A stretch of DNA of 16,363 nucleotides, taken from assembly GCA_041497675.1 (NCBI GenBank), contig JBGQGY010000088.1:1-16363 (forward strand), read 5' to 3'. A model generated the notes under the pieces. That model was not told the origin of the DNA. It did not search any database and saw only the letters and a program-made list of their open reading frames with translations. Below, one piece after another: positions 7,937 through 15,882 of the stretch. Position numbers and translations under genes: made by a program. The stretch comes from a bacterium. GTDB lineage: Bacteria; Sysuimicrobiota; Sysuimicrobiia; Sysuimicrobiales; Humicultoraceae. Within the stretch, counting starts at the first letter, position 1, and every line of letters starts with the position of its first letter.

Positions 7937-8878
7937 ATGCCGTTCGTCCTGCGGCGGCTGTTCACGGTGGCGCCTACGGTCCTCGTGGTCGCCACCGTGA
8001 CGTTTATCGCGCTGCAGGTCATCCCGGGGGACATCGCCCAGATCATGCTCGGCACCGACGCGCGGCCCGAAGACGTCGCGCGGCTGCGCCGTGAGTTCGG
8101 GTTGGACCGCCCTCTCGTGGTGCGCTACCTCGAATGGATCGCCAACCTGGCGCGTGGCGATCTCGGCACGTCGATCAGCTACCAGGAGCCCGTCGCGCAC
8201 CTGATCCGGCAACGCCTGCCCGTCACGGTCTCGGTGGCGTTCACGGCCATGCTGGTCGCGCTGGCGATCGCGCTGCCGCTCGGCATCGCCGCGGCGCGGC
8301 GGGCCTGGTCGGCGCTCGACCTCGCGGTGCTCGCCGGCTCGCAGATGGGGCTGGCGGTGCCGACCTTCTGGATGGGGATCTTGCTCCTGCTCGGCTTTGC
8401 CGCCGCGCGCCCGATCTTCCCGCTGCAAGGCTACGTGGCGCTGACGAGCAGCCCGCTCGAATGGCTGCGCCATCTGGCGCTGCCGGCCATCGCACTCGGC
8501 ATCGAGCGCGCCGCGGCGCTGTCACGGCTGGTGCGCGCATCGGTCCTCGATGAGTTGAACCGTGACTACGTACGGACGGCGCGCGGCAAGGGGCTCGCGG
8601 GTGGGACGATCGTGCGCCGGCACGTGCTGCGCAACGCGTTCATCCCGGTGCTGACGGTCGCCGGTCTGCAAATTGGGTTTCTGCTGGGCGGCACGATCGT
8701 GCTCGAACAGGTCTTCGGGCTGCCGGGGTTGGGGCGTCTGATGCTGCAGGGGATCTACGCTCGTGATCTGGTCGTCGTGCAGGGCGCGGTGATCACGATC
8801 GCGATTGCCTTCGCGCTGCTGAACCTGATCGTCGATCTGCTCTACGCCGCCGTTGACCCGCGCATCACGTACCAGTGA
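7937..8878 (+). CDS. Peptide/nickel ABC transporter permease (DppB/OppB-like)
   Basis: IPGD, GLDRPL..RY..W, GDLGTS, EAA loop DYVRTARGKGL, HVLRNA, EQVFGLPGLG, DLLYAAVDPRI. Confidence 0.93.
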   Translation: MPFVLRRLFTVAPTVLVVATVTFIALQVIPGDIAQIMLGTDARPEDVARLRREFGLDRPLVVRYLEWIANLARGDLGTSISYQEPVAHLIRQRLPVTVSVAFTAMLVALAIALPLGIAAARRAWSALDLAVLAGSQMGLAVPTFWMGILLLLGFAAARPIFPLQGYVALTSSPLEWLRHLALPAIALGIERAAALSRLVRASVLDELNRDYVRTARGKGLAGGTIVRRHVLRNAFIPVLTVAGLQIGFLLGGTIVLEQVFGLPGLGRLMLQGIYARDLVVVQGAVITIAIAFALLNLIVDLLYAAVDPRITYQ

Positions 8879-9777
8879 TGGCAGTCACCGATCGTCGCCC
8901 CCTCCATCCGATGCCTGCCGCACATATGCGGACGGTGCCCGAGCGCCCCGCGCGCCGGCGGCGGCGAAACCTGCCGCTGATCCTGGGCTGCGCGCTCACC
9001 AGCATCATCGTGTTGCTGTCGATCCTGGCCCCGGCGCTGGCGCGATTCGACCCCGCCGCGTTCGATCCGCCGGGCCGGCTCGCGCCTCCGGGCGGAGCGC
9101 ATCCTCTGGGGACCGACCGGCTCGGCCGCGACGTGTTCAGCCGGGTGCTCTATGGCGGCCGCGTCGCGCTTGCGGTAGGCGCGGTCGCCGTGCTGATCGG
9201 CGCCGGCGCCGGCATCCCCATCGGGCTCGCCGCGGGCTACAAGGGAGGCCGGCTGGATGCGTCGTTGATGCGCGTCATGGACGGCCTGCTCGCGTTTCCG
9301 GCGCTGCTGCTGGCGATCATGGTGATTGCGGCGCTCGGCCCCGGACACATTCAAGCCATGTTGGCGATCGGGGTCGTCCTCATCCCGGCGTTTGCCAGGC
9401 TGGCGCGGGCGCAGGCCCTCGTCGTCCGCACCCAGGAGTACGTGCTCGCCGCCGGGGCGATGGGGGCGCGTGATCTGAGCATCGTCCGCCGGCACATGCT
9501 GCCCAACGTCGCCGGCCCGCTGCTGATCCAGATGACCGTGACGTTCTCCGGCGCGGTGCTGGCAGAAGCGTCGCTCTCGTATCTTGGGTTGGGGACGCAG
9601 CCGCCCACCCCGTCGTGGGGCGGCATGCTGCAGGAGGCGCGGGACGTGCTCTTCGTCGCGCCGTGGATGGCCATCTGGCCTGGACTGGCGATCGCGACCG
9701 CGGTGCTGGGGCTGAACCTGACGGGCGACGGCATTCGCGATCGGCTCGACCCGCGGTTGACACGCAACACGACCTGA
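8878..9777 (+). CDS. Peptide/nickel ABC transporter permease (DppC/OppC-like)
   Basis: HPLGTDRLGRDVFSRVLYGGR, EYVLAA.AMGA, HMLPN, EASLSYLGLG.QPPTPSWG.ML, GDGIRD.LDPR. Start ATG 8878 (TGATG) or GTG 8875. Confidence 0.93.
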   Translation: MAVTDRRPLHPMPAAHMRTVPERPARRRRRNLPLILGCALTSIIVLLSILAPALARFDPAAFDPPGRLAPPGGAHPLGTDRLGRDVFSRVLYGGRVALAVGAVAVLIGAGAGIPIGLAAGYKGGRLDASLMRVMDGLLAFPALLLAIMVIAALGPGHIQAMLAIGVVLIPAFARLARAQALVVRTQEYVLAAGAMGARDLSIVRRHMLPNVAGPLLIQMTVTFSGAVLAEASLSYLGLGTQPPTPSWGGMLQEARDVLFVAPWMAIWPGLAIATAVLGLNLTGDGIRDRLDPRLTRNTT

Positions 9778-9788
9778 GCGAATCTTCC

Positions 9789-12650
9789 GTGGCACTCCCG
9801 ACCGGGACGGTCACCTTCCTCTTCACCGACATCGAAGGGAGCACGCGTCTACTCCACGAGCTCGGCGACCGCTATGCCGCTGTGCTGGCAGACCATCACC
9901 GGCTCTTGCGGGCGGCACTCCAGCCGCGGGGCGGGCACGAGGTCGAGACCCAGGGTGACGCGTTCTTCGTCGCGTTTGCGCGCGCGAAAGACGCGGTGGC
10001 GGCCGCGATCGATGCGCAACGCGCACTGTCCGCATTCCAGTGGCCGGCGGGCGTCCTCGTGCGCGTGCGCATGGGACTCCACACCGGCGAGCCCCTCGTC
10101 ACGGAGACGGGGTACGTCGGGATCGACGTCCACCGGGCGGCGCGCATCGCGGCGGCCGGTCACGGGCAGCAGATCCTGCTCTCCGATGCGACGCGCGCAT
10201 TGCTCGGCGACGACCTGCCCCGCGAGACGAGCCTGAAGGATCTCGGCGAGCACCGTCTCAAGGATCTGCCACACGCGCAACGCATCGTTCAGGTCATCGT
10301 ACCCGGCCTGCAGGCGGACTTTCCTCCACTCAAATCCGTTGAGGCGCTGCCCAATAACCTGCCCGCGCAATTGACGTCGTTCATCGGACGCGAGCGCGAG
10401 ATCGGAGAAACGAAAGATCTTTTGCGCAGGAGCCGGCTGGTCACGCTCACCGGTGCTGGTGGCAGTGGAAAATCGCGTCTGGCGCTCCGCGTCGCGGGCG
10501 ACGTCCTGGACGTCTATCCCGACGGCGCCTGGTGGGTGGATCTCGCGCCGCTGACCGATCCAACGCTGGTCCCTCACGCGGTGGCCGCGAGTGTCGGCGT
10601 GCGCGAACAGCCGGACCTGCCCCTGCTCGAGAGCCTCACCGGCTTTCTGCGGTTTCGAAGCATCCTGCTCGTGTTGGACAACTGCGAGCACCTCGTCTCG
10701 GCGTGCGCGCACTTTGCCGATCACGTGTTGCGACAGTCACCGAAGACGCAGCTCCTCACGACAAGCCGCGAAGGGTTGGGAACGGCCGGTGAAGCCCTGT
10801 ACCCCGTGGCCCCACTCACCCTGCCGGCCCCGCAGAAGACCACGACGCCGGACCGCGCGAAACAGTCCGAAGCGATCCGCCTCTTTGTTGATCGTGCCAC
10901 GGCGGTGCTGCCGTCCTTCAGGCTCACCGAGCAGAACAGTGGTGCAATCGTCCGGATCTGCCAGCGACTGGACGGCATCCCGCTGGCGATAGAACTGGCC
11001 GCCGCCCGCGTGCGGGCCCTCCCGGTCGAGCAACTCGCGGCGCGGTTGGACGACCGCTTCCGGATTCTAACTGGCGGGAGCCGGACTGGGGTGGCGCGGC
11101 ATCAGACGCTCCAGGCCACGATGGATTGGGGCTATCAGCTGCTGTCGGCCAAAGAACGCGCCATGCTGAACCGTTTGTCTGTCTTCGCCGGTGGGTTCAC
11201 GCTGGAGGCGGTCGAAGACGTCTGCAGTGGCGGCGCGGTCGCCGAGACAGAGATCCTCGACCTGGTCACTCACCTAGTGGACAAGTCACTCGTGGTGCCC
11301 GGCGAGGCAGCGGGTGAAGCGCGCTATCAACTGCTCGAAACCGTGCGGCAATATGCGCGGACGAAGCTGCTCGAGCACGATGAGGCTGAGCAGGTCTTGA
11401 GGGTGCATCGGGACTGGTACCTGCGCCTGGCGGAGCGGGCGGCGCCCGAACTGCGCGCCCGAGACCAGGCGGTGTGGCTCCCACGCCTCGAGGCCGAGCA
11501 CGACAACCTGCGCGCGGCGCTGCGCTGGACGTTAGCCTCGAGCGATCGCGAGACGGCCCTGCGGCTGGCGGGAGCCCTGGGGGCGTTCTGGGACCGGCAC
11601 GGCCACGTCGTTGAAGGACGCCAGTGGCTGGACGAAACGCTGGCCATGTCCGGGGAGGCGTCACCGGTGACGCTGGCCAGGGCGCTGGCTGAGAATGCGT
11701 ACCTGACCGAGACGCAGTTCGATTTCGATCGGGCGACGACGCTGTCCAATGAGGCGCTCGCGCTGTACAAGACGTTGGGTGACCGGCAGGGTATGGCCTT
11801 CGTGCTGCACATCCTGGCGGTGATGGCCCGCAAGAAGGGCGAGTACGATCGGTCCCGCGTCCTGCTCGAAGAGAGTCTGGGGCTGTACCGTGACGCCGGT
11901 GATCGCTGGGGAATCGCCTGGTCGATGTATGGTCTGGGTGGACTGGCGCGGTTCCAGCGAGACTACGCGCGCGCCGTCCCGCTGCTCACCGAAGGGCTCG
12001 ACCTCTTCAGAGCCGTCGGCGACCGCCAGGGGATGGCGCAGTCCCTGTACTTCCTGGGACTGGCGGCGCGTGCCCAGCGCGACTTTGGCCGGGCGACCGC
12101 GCTGGGCGAGGAGAGTCTCGCGCTCGCGCGCGAACTGGAGGACCGCTACACGGCGGCCCACTCCCTTCATCTCATCGGCACGGTGGCCTGGTATCAGGGG
12201 CAGACGGATAGGGCGTCAAGCCTGCACCAAGAATGCCTGGCGATGTTCCAGGAACTCGGAGACAAGTCGTGCACCGCCACGACCCTCAGCGACTTTGGGC
12301 TCGTGGTCCAGCACCGGGGCGAACTAACGCAGGCGGAAGCGTTGCAGCGTGACAGTCTTCGGCGCTATCAGGAGCTCGGCGACAAACCCGGCATTGCCAG
12401 ATCCCTCGAACGGCTCGCGGGCGCGCTCGCCGGTTCCGGGAAACCCGACCACGCCGCCCGGCTGCTGGGCGCGGCGCAGTCGCTGCGCCAGACCATCGGG
12501 GTTGCGGCGGCGCCGGCGGATCGACCCGACTCTGATCGGATTGAGGCCGCGGTCCGCGCGGCACTCGACCGCAGCAGCCTCACAGCGGCGTGGGACGAAG
12601 GGCGGAAGATGACGGCGGCGCAGGCGGTCGAGTACGCGCTGACGGACTAG
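9789..12650 (+). CDS. Class III nucleotidyl cyclase - STAND (AfsR/NB-ARC-like) NTPase - TPR protein
   Basis: LPTGTVTFLFTDIEGST, QGDAFF, VRMGLHTGE, VHRAARI (cyclase); NNLP..LTSFIGRERE, Walker A GAGGSGKS (10452-10475), Walker B LLVLDNCEH, LDGIPLAIELAAAR (STAND); C-terminal TPRs. GTG 9789 chosen because conservation starts there, 11 bp after the dppC stop. Confidence 0.9.
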   Translation: MALPTGTVTFLFTDIEGSTRLLHELGDRYAAVLADHHRLLRAALQPRGGHEVETQGDAFFVAFARAKDAVAAAIDAQRALSAFQWPAGVLVRVRMGLHTGEPLVTETGYVGIDVHRAARIAAAGHGQQILLSDATRALLGDDLPRETSLKDLGEHRLKDLPHAQRIVQVIVPGLQADFPPLKSVEALPNNLPAQLTSFIGREREIGETKDLLRRSRLVTLTGAGGSGKSRLALRVAGDVLDVYPDGAWWVDLAPLTDPTLVPHAVAASVGVREQPDLPLLESLTGFLRFRSILLVLDNCEHLVSACAHFADHVLRQSPKTQLLTTSREGLGTAGEALYPVAPLTLPAPQKTTTPDRAKQSEAIRLFVDRATAVLPSFRLTEQNSGAIVRICQRLDGIPLAIELAAARVRALPVEQLAARLDDRFRILTGGSRTGVARHQTLQATMDWGYQLLSAKERAMLNRLSVFAGGFTLEAVEDVCSGGAVAETEILDLVTHLVDKSLVVPGEAAGEARYQLLETVRQYARTKLLEHDEAEQVLRVHRDWYLRLAERAAPELRARDQAVWLPRLEAEHDNLRAALRWTLASSDRETALRLAGALGAFWDRHGHVVEGRQWLDETLAMSGEASPVTLARALAENAYLTETQFDFDRATTLSNEALALYKTLGDRQGMAFVLHILAVMARKKGEYDRSRVLLEESLGLYRDAGDRWGIAWSMYGLGGLARFQRDYARAVPLLTEGLDLFRAVGDRQGMAQSLYFLGLAARAQRDFGRATALGEESLALARELEDRYTAAHSLHLIGTVAWYQGQTDRASSLHQECLAMFQELGDKSCTATTLSDFGLVVQHRGELTQAEALQRDSLRRYQELGDKPGIARSLERLAGALAGSGKPDHAARLLGAAQSLRQTIGVAAAPADRPDSDRIEAAVRAALDRSSLTAAWDEGRKMTAAQAVEYALTD
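11673..12392 (+). repeat. Six tandem 40-aa (120-bp) TPR-like repeats within the STAND protein
   Basis: Units end in GDRQG, GDRWG, GDRQG, EDRYT, GDKSC, GDKPG at 40-residue spacing; DNA similarity visible at 11781 and 12021 (240 bp apart). A degenerate seventh unit follows. Confidence 0.85.
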
Positions 12651-12928
12651 AGCCGCACGTCCTCGGCGTTGTAGACGCCGGCCCAGTTGACACGCTTGAC
12701 CAGCCGCTTCATCGCCGCGAGCAGTTCGCGCTCGGCCGCGGTCCGGCGATACCGGGCCAGCGCCGCGCGAGATTCAAAGACGCTGATCCCGATCATCTCG
12801 TCTCGCCCTCCACGCAGGAAGTACAGGCGGATGAGCCCTCTCGGCTTCCGCTTGAATTGCCAGGCTTTCCGGAGCGCGGCCATCTTCCCCGGGCGGATCG
12901 TCCGTGAGGCCATCCAAGCTATCGCCAT
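12647..12928 (-). CDS. Small basic hypothetical protein (93 aa), possibly ABM/dimeric alpha-beta barrel fold
   Basis: AGGGGGA SD before ATG 12928; IRPGK..ALRKAW, GLIRLYFL, EMIGISVFESRAAL..Y pattern resembles ABM-like proteins; stop shares CTAG with the STAND gene stop. Confidence 0.6.
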   Translation of the reverse strand: MAIAWMASRTIRPGKMAALRKAWQFKRKPRGLIRLYFLRGGRDEMIGISVFESRAALARYRRTAAERELLAAMKRLVKRVNWAGVYNAEDVRL

Positions 12929-13076
12929 GAGTATCCCCCTGTCCAGGTGCAGCCGTGTGTGTCTCGTGCCGCTGCGCAGCCACTGTTGGCGGCGTGCGGC
13001 CAGTTTCCCTGCGCAGAGGAAGGCAGCATCGGTGGGCGGAACACCCCGATGATGCATTTGCCGTACGGGACCGACG

Positions 13077-14327
13077 GTGGCCCCGCGCCTCGATAGCGCA
13101 TCCCTGGACGCCTTGGCACGGCGCGCCGCCGCCGCGGTCGACGCCGACGAGCTCGTGCGGTTGACGCGCGCACTCGTGCGCATCCCAAGCGTCTACCGGC
13201 CGGGTGACCCGGCCGGCACCGAGGCGGTCGCTGCCGAATTTCTCGCGGATTATTCACGCGCACGCGGCCTGCGGGTCTCGATGCACGAGGCCGCCCCCGG
13301 CCGGCCCAACGTGATCGCAGACTGGGACTCCGGCCGGCCCGGTCGTGGTGTGATTCTTGAAGGCCACACCGACGTCGTCATTGAGGGCGACCGGGGCGCG
13401 TGGACGCACGCGCCGTTCGACGCGATCGTCGACGCGGGCCGCATCTACGGGCGCGGCGCGGCCGACATGAAAGGCGGGCTCTCGGCCGCCATCGTGGCGC
13501 TCGAGGCCGTGCGGCGCGCGGCCCCCGACCTGCCGGGCCGCGTGCGGATCGCCGCGGTGGTCGACGAAGAAGGCATGATGACGGGGATCAAAGCGTTCAT
13601 TGCGGGCGGGCACGCGCGCGGCTTCGACGCCGCGCTCATCTGCGAGCCTGAGGAGAACGAGATCTGTCTTCACCAGAAGGGGGCAATGCGAATCCTGGCC
13701 ACCTTCAAAGGCCACATGTCGCACGGCGCCATGCCCTACGCCGGTGTGAACCCGATCCCGCAAGCGGCGCGCTTTATCCTCGAACTCGGTCAGGAAGAAC
13801 AGCGCGCGCAGCAACGTCATGGAAGCCACCGTTACCTTGGCCTGCCGTGGATCACTGCGACGACGATCCGCGCCCCCGTGCACGGCGAACCGCAGTTCAA
13901 CGTGATGGCCGGAGAAGCTCAGGTGACCATCGACATCCGCACGATCCCCGGTCAGGATCATGCCGACCTGCGCGCCGCGCTCGACGCCGCCGCCGGCCGC
14001 GTCCGGGCCGCGGACCCGCGGGTCGAGATCACGCTGGAATTGATCGAGGACCGGCCGTGGACGGAAACACCGGCGACGGCGCCCATTGTCGGCGCCGTGG
14101 AGCGCGCGACACGCACGGTCGGCGGGCGCGACCCGCGCTACGGCGGCGTCCCGGGGTCGACCGACGGCACGTTCCTGCACGCGGCGGCCGGGATCCCCAT
14201 TGTCACAATCGGCCCCGGCAAACGAGACATCCCCCACCAAGCCGACGAGTATGTCGCAATTGACGAACTGACGGAAGCCGCGCGAGTGTACGCGGCGGCC
14301 ATCGTGTACTTCCTGGGCGAATCATAG
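13077..14327 (+). CDS. M20 family metallo-hydrolase (ArgE/DapE-like)
   Basis: GRPNVIA, LEGHTDVV, IYGRGAADMKGG, VDEE, ICEP, SHGAMP..GVN, TDG, GPG...HQADEYV: complete dinuclear metal ligand set. Confidence 0.92.
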   Translation: MAPRLDSASLDALARRAAAAVDADELVRLTRALVRIPSVYRPGDPAGTEAVAAEFLADYSRARGLRVSMHEAAPGRPNVIADWDSGRPGRGVILEGHTDVVIEGDRGAWTHAPFDAIVDAGRIYGRGAADMKGGLSAAIVALEAVRRAAPDLPGRVRIAAVVDEEGMMTGIKAFIAGGHARGFDAALICEPEENEICLHQKGAMRILATFKGHMSHGAMPYAGVNPIPQAARFILELGQEEQRAQQRHGSHRYLGLPWITATTIRAPVHGEPQFNVMAGEAQVTIDIRTIPGQDHADLRAALDAAAGRVRAADPRVEITLELIEDRPWTETPATAPIVGAVERATRTVGGRDPRYGGVPGSTDGTFLHAAAGIPIVTIGPGKRDIPHQADEYVAIDELTEAARVYAAAIVYFLGES

Positions 14328-14339
14328 GAGGCTCGTAAC

Positions 14340-15131
14340 GTGGACTACGCGCAGCTGTTCCGACTCGATGGACGGGTGGCACTGGTGGTAGGCGGGGCGT
14401 CCGGCATCGGCGCCGCATCGGCGGCCGGTTTGGCGGCGCACGGCGCGCACGTGGTCTGCGCCGACGTCCGCCTCGACGGCGCGCGGGCCACGGCTGAAGC
14501 GATCGTACGCGGAGGCGGGTCCGCCGAGGCCCTGCAGGTCGACCTGACCAACCCGACGAGCGTCACCGACCTGTTGCAGACCATCATGGGTCAGCGCGGG
14601 CGCCTGGACGTGGTGGTGTCCACCCCCAGCATCAACGTGCGCAAACCTATCGTCAAATATCTGGATGAAGAGTTCGATCGGGTCGTCGGGCTGAACATGA
14701 AGGGGCCGTTCCGGCTGTTGCGTGGCGCCGGTGAGATCATGGCCAAGCAGGGCCGCGGCAGCATCATCGTGCTCTCGTCCATCCGCGCGCAGGTCGTCGA
14801 GCCCGGGCAGGGCATCTACGCGGCCACCAAAGCCGCCGTCGTGCAGATGGCGCGGGCCTTGGCCGCCGAGCTCGGCCCCCAGGGTGTGCGCGTCAACGCG
14901 ATCGCGCCCGGTGTCGTCGATACGCCACTGACGCAACCGATCAAGAACCACGCCGAATGGTACCAGGCCTACGCCGCGAAGTCGGCGTTGGGACGCTGGG
15001 CGACCGCGGCCGAAATGGCCGGCCCGGTCGTCTTCCTGGCATCCGACGCGAGCAGCTTTGTCACGGGGGCGGTTTTATTCGTGGACGGCGGGTGGACGGC
15101 GATCGACGGGAGGTTCACCCCGCCGCTCTGA
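14340..15131 (+). CDS. SDR family NAD(H)-dependent oxidoreductase
   Basis: GGASGIG, Asp after beta2 (CADV, NAD preference), LSS, YAATK, VRVNAIAPG, FVTG..LFVDGGW; GGAGG SD before GTG 14340. Confidence 0.93.
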   Translation: MDYAQLFRLDGRVALVVGGASGIGAASAAGLAAHGAHVVCADVRLDGARATAEAIVRGGGSAEALQVDLTNPTSVTDLLQTIMGQRGRLDVVVSTPSINVRKPIVKYLDEEFDRVVGLNMKGPFRLLRGAGEIMAKQGRGSIIVLSSIRAQVVEPGQGIYAATKAAVVQMARALAAELGPQGVRVNAIAPGVVDTPLTQPIKNHAEWYQAYAAKSALGRWATAAEMAGPVVFLASDASSFVTGAVLFVDGGWTAIDGRFTPPL

Positions 15132-15145
15132 GCGGGGCGAACCTC

Positions 15146-15179
15146 CCGTGAGTATTCGAGTTCCGTGAGTGTTCTAGTT
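15146..15179. repeat. Imperfect 17-bp tandem duplication between convergent genes
   Basis: CCGTGAGTATTCGAGTT (15146-15162) followed by CCGTGAGTGTTCTAGTT (15163-15179), 15/17 identical. Confidence 0.65.
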
Positions 15180-15812
15180 GGCCTGACAGGTGATGCCGGA
15201 CCGGCACCAGATCTCGCCGTCGAGCAGGAAGCCCGCGGCGCCGCCGAAATCGTAGACGTCGACCATGATGACGTTCGAGCTGTGCGTGACGATGGCGTCG
15301 GTCACATCATACGTCTGGAACGTCCGCCAGTCGGCCGTCGGCAGAAACCGTTTGTAGACGTCATCGAATGTCCGCCCAACTTTCTTGCCATTCACATACA
15401 GGATGTATCCGTTGTCGGCCGTGATCCGGATGATCGCGCGCTCGACATTGTAGCGCGGAGTGCCGGGGCCCAGGTGCCGTTCGAAGCGGATGACCGTCCA
15501 TTCATTCGGGTCACGCACGCGGCCGGTGTTGAAGTCGCCCGCGTAGACCCAGGAGGCATCCGTCCCGGGGATCACGGCCCCCCAGGGTGGACTGGAGACC
15601 GGCCGCGTCACCAGTCGGAGTGTCGGGATGCCGGAACTCCACGGTTTCCAGTTCGCGTCTGAGCGGATGCGGACACACTGCCCGATCGGTCCAGGATTCG
15701 GGCAGGAGTTGACGGTGAAAGCGGATGCGCCCGGCAGGGATGTCTGCATCATCAGCAGGATGAGCGCCAGGACGCCGGCAACAGAAGCAATTGGTCTGAC
15801 GATATGCGTCAT
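15174..15812 (-). CDS. Secreted protein with galactose-binding-like/CBM67-like domain
   Basis: AAGGAGGTG SD before ATG 15812; signal peptide ending ASA|F; ASWVY, ITADNGYILYVNGKKVG, DW....YDV, NVIMVDV.DFGGAAGFL match the beta-sandwich found in alpha-L-rhamnosidases. Confidence 0.7.
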   Translation of the reverse strand: MTHIVRPIASVAGVLALILLMMQTSLPGASAFTVNSCPNPGPIGQCVRIRSDANWKPWSSGIPTLRLVTRPVSSPPWGAVIPGTDASWVYAGDFNTGRVRDPNEWTVIRFERHLGPGTPRYNVERAIIRITADNGYILYVNGKKVGRTFDDVYKRFLPTADWRTFQTYDVTDAIVTHSSNVIMVDVYDFGGAAGFLLDGEIWCRSGITCQAN

Positions 15813-15882
15813 CGATGCCACCTCCTTTTGGTAGATATTTCTTGCCCAGGCGGGGGTGGAACTAGACCGAGGAGGCACCGGC

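Noticed and set aside
6797..8473. 558-aa minus-strand ORF and other long antisense ORFs (8842-9795, 9849-10724, 13254-14240, 15862-16329)
   Set aside because: Shadow ORFs opposite well-supported genes in high-GC DNA; no family motifs.
11673..12392. Periodic DNA similarity as a possible CRISPR or non-coding array
   Set aside because: The 120-bp periodicity is in-frame TPR coding sequence, without identical repeats or unique spacers.
9789..12650. Assignment as a Pycsar or Avs anti-phage system
   Set aside because: No adjacent cyclic-nucleotide-binding effector or defence-island context; the STAND domain is of the common AfsR/regulatory type.
12995..13065. Imperfect hairpins in the divergent gap before the M20 gene
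   Set aside because: Bulged GC-rich stems expected by chance; no U-tract and no recognisable riboswitch consensus.
15813..15882. CCTCC...GGAGG complementarity in the lectin/pepE intergenic region
   Set aside because: Explained by the two divergent Shine-Dalgarno sequences.
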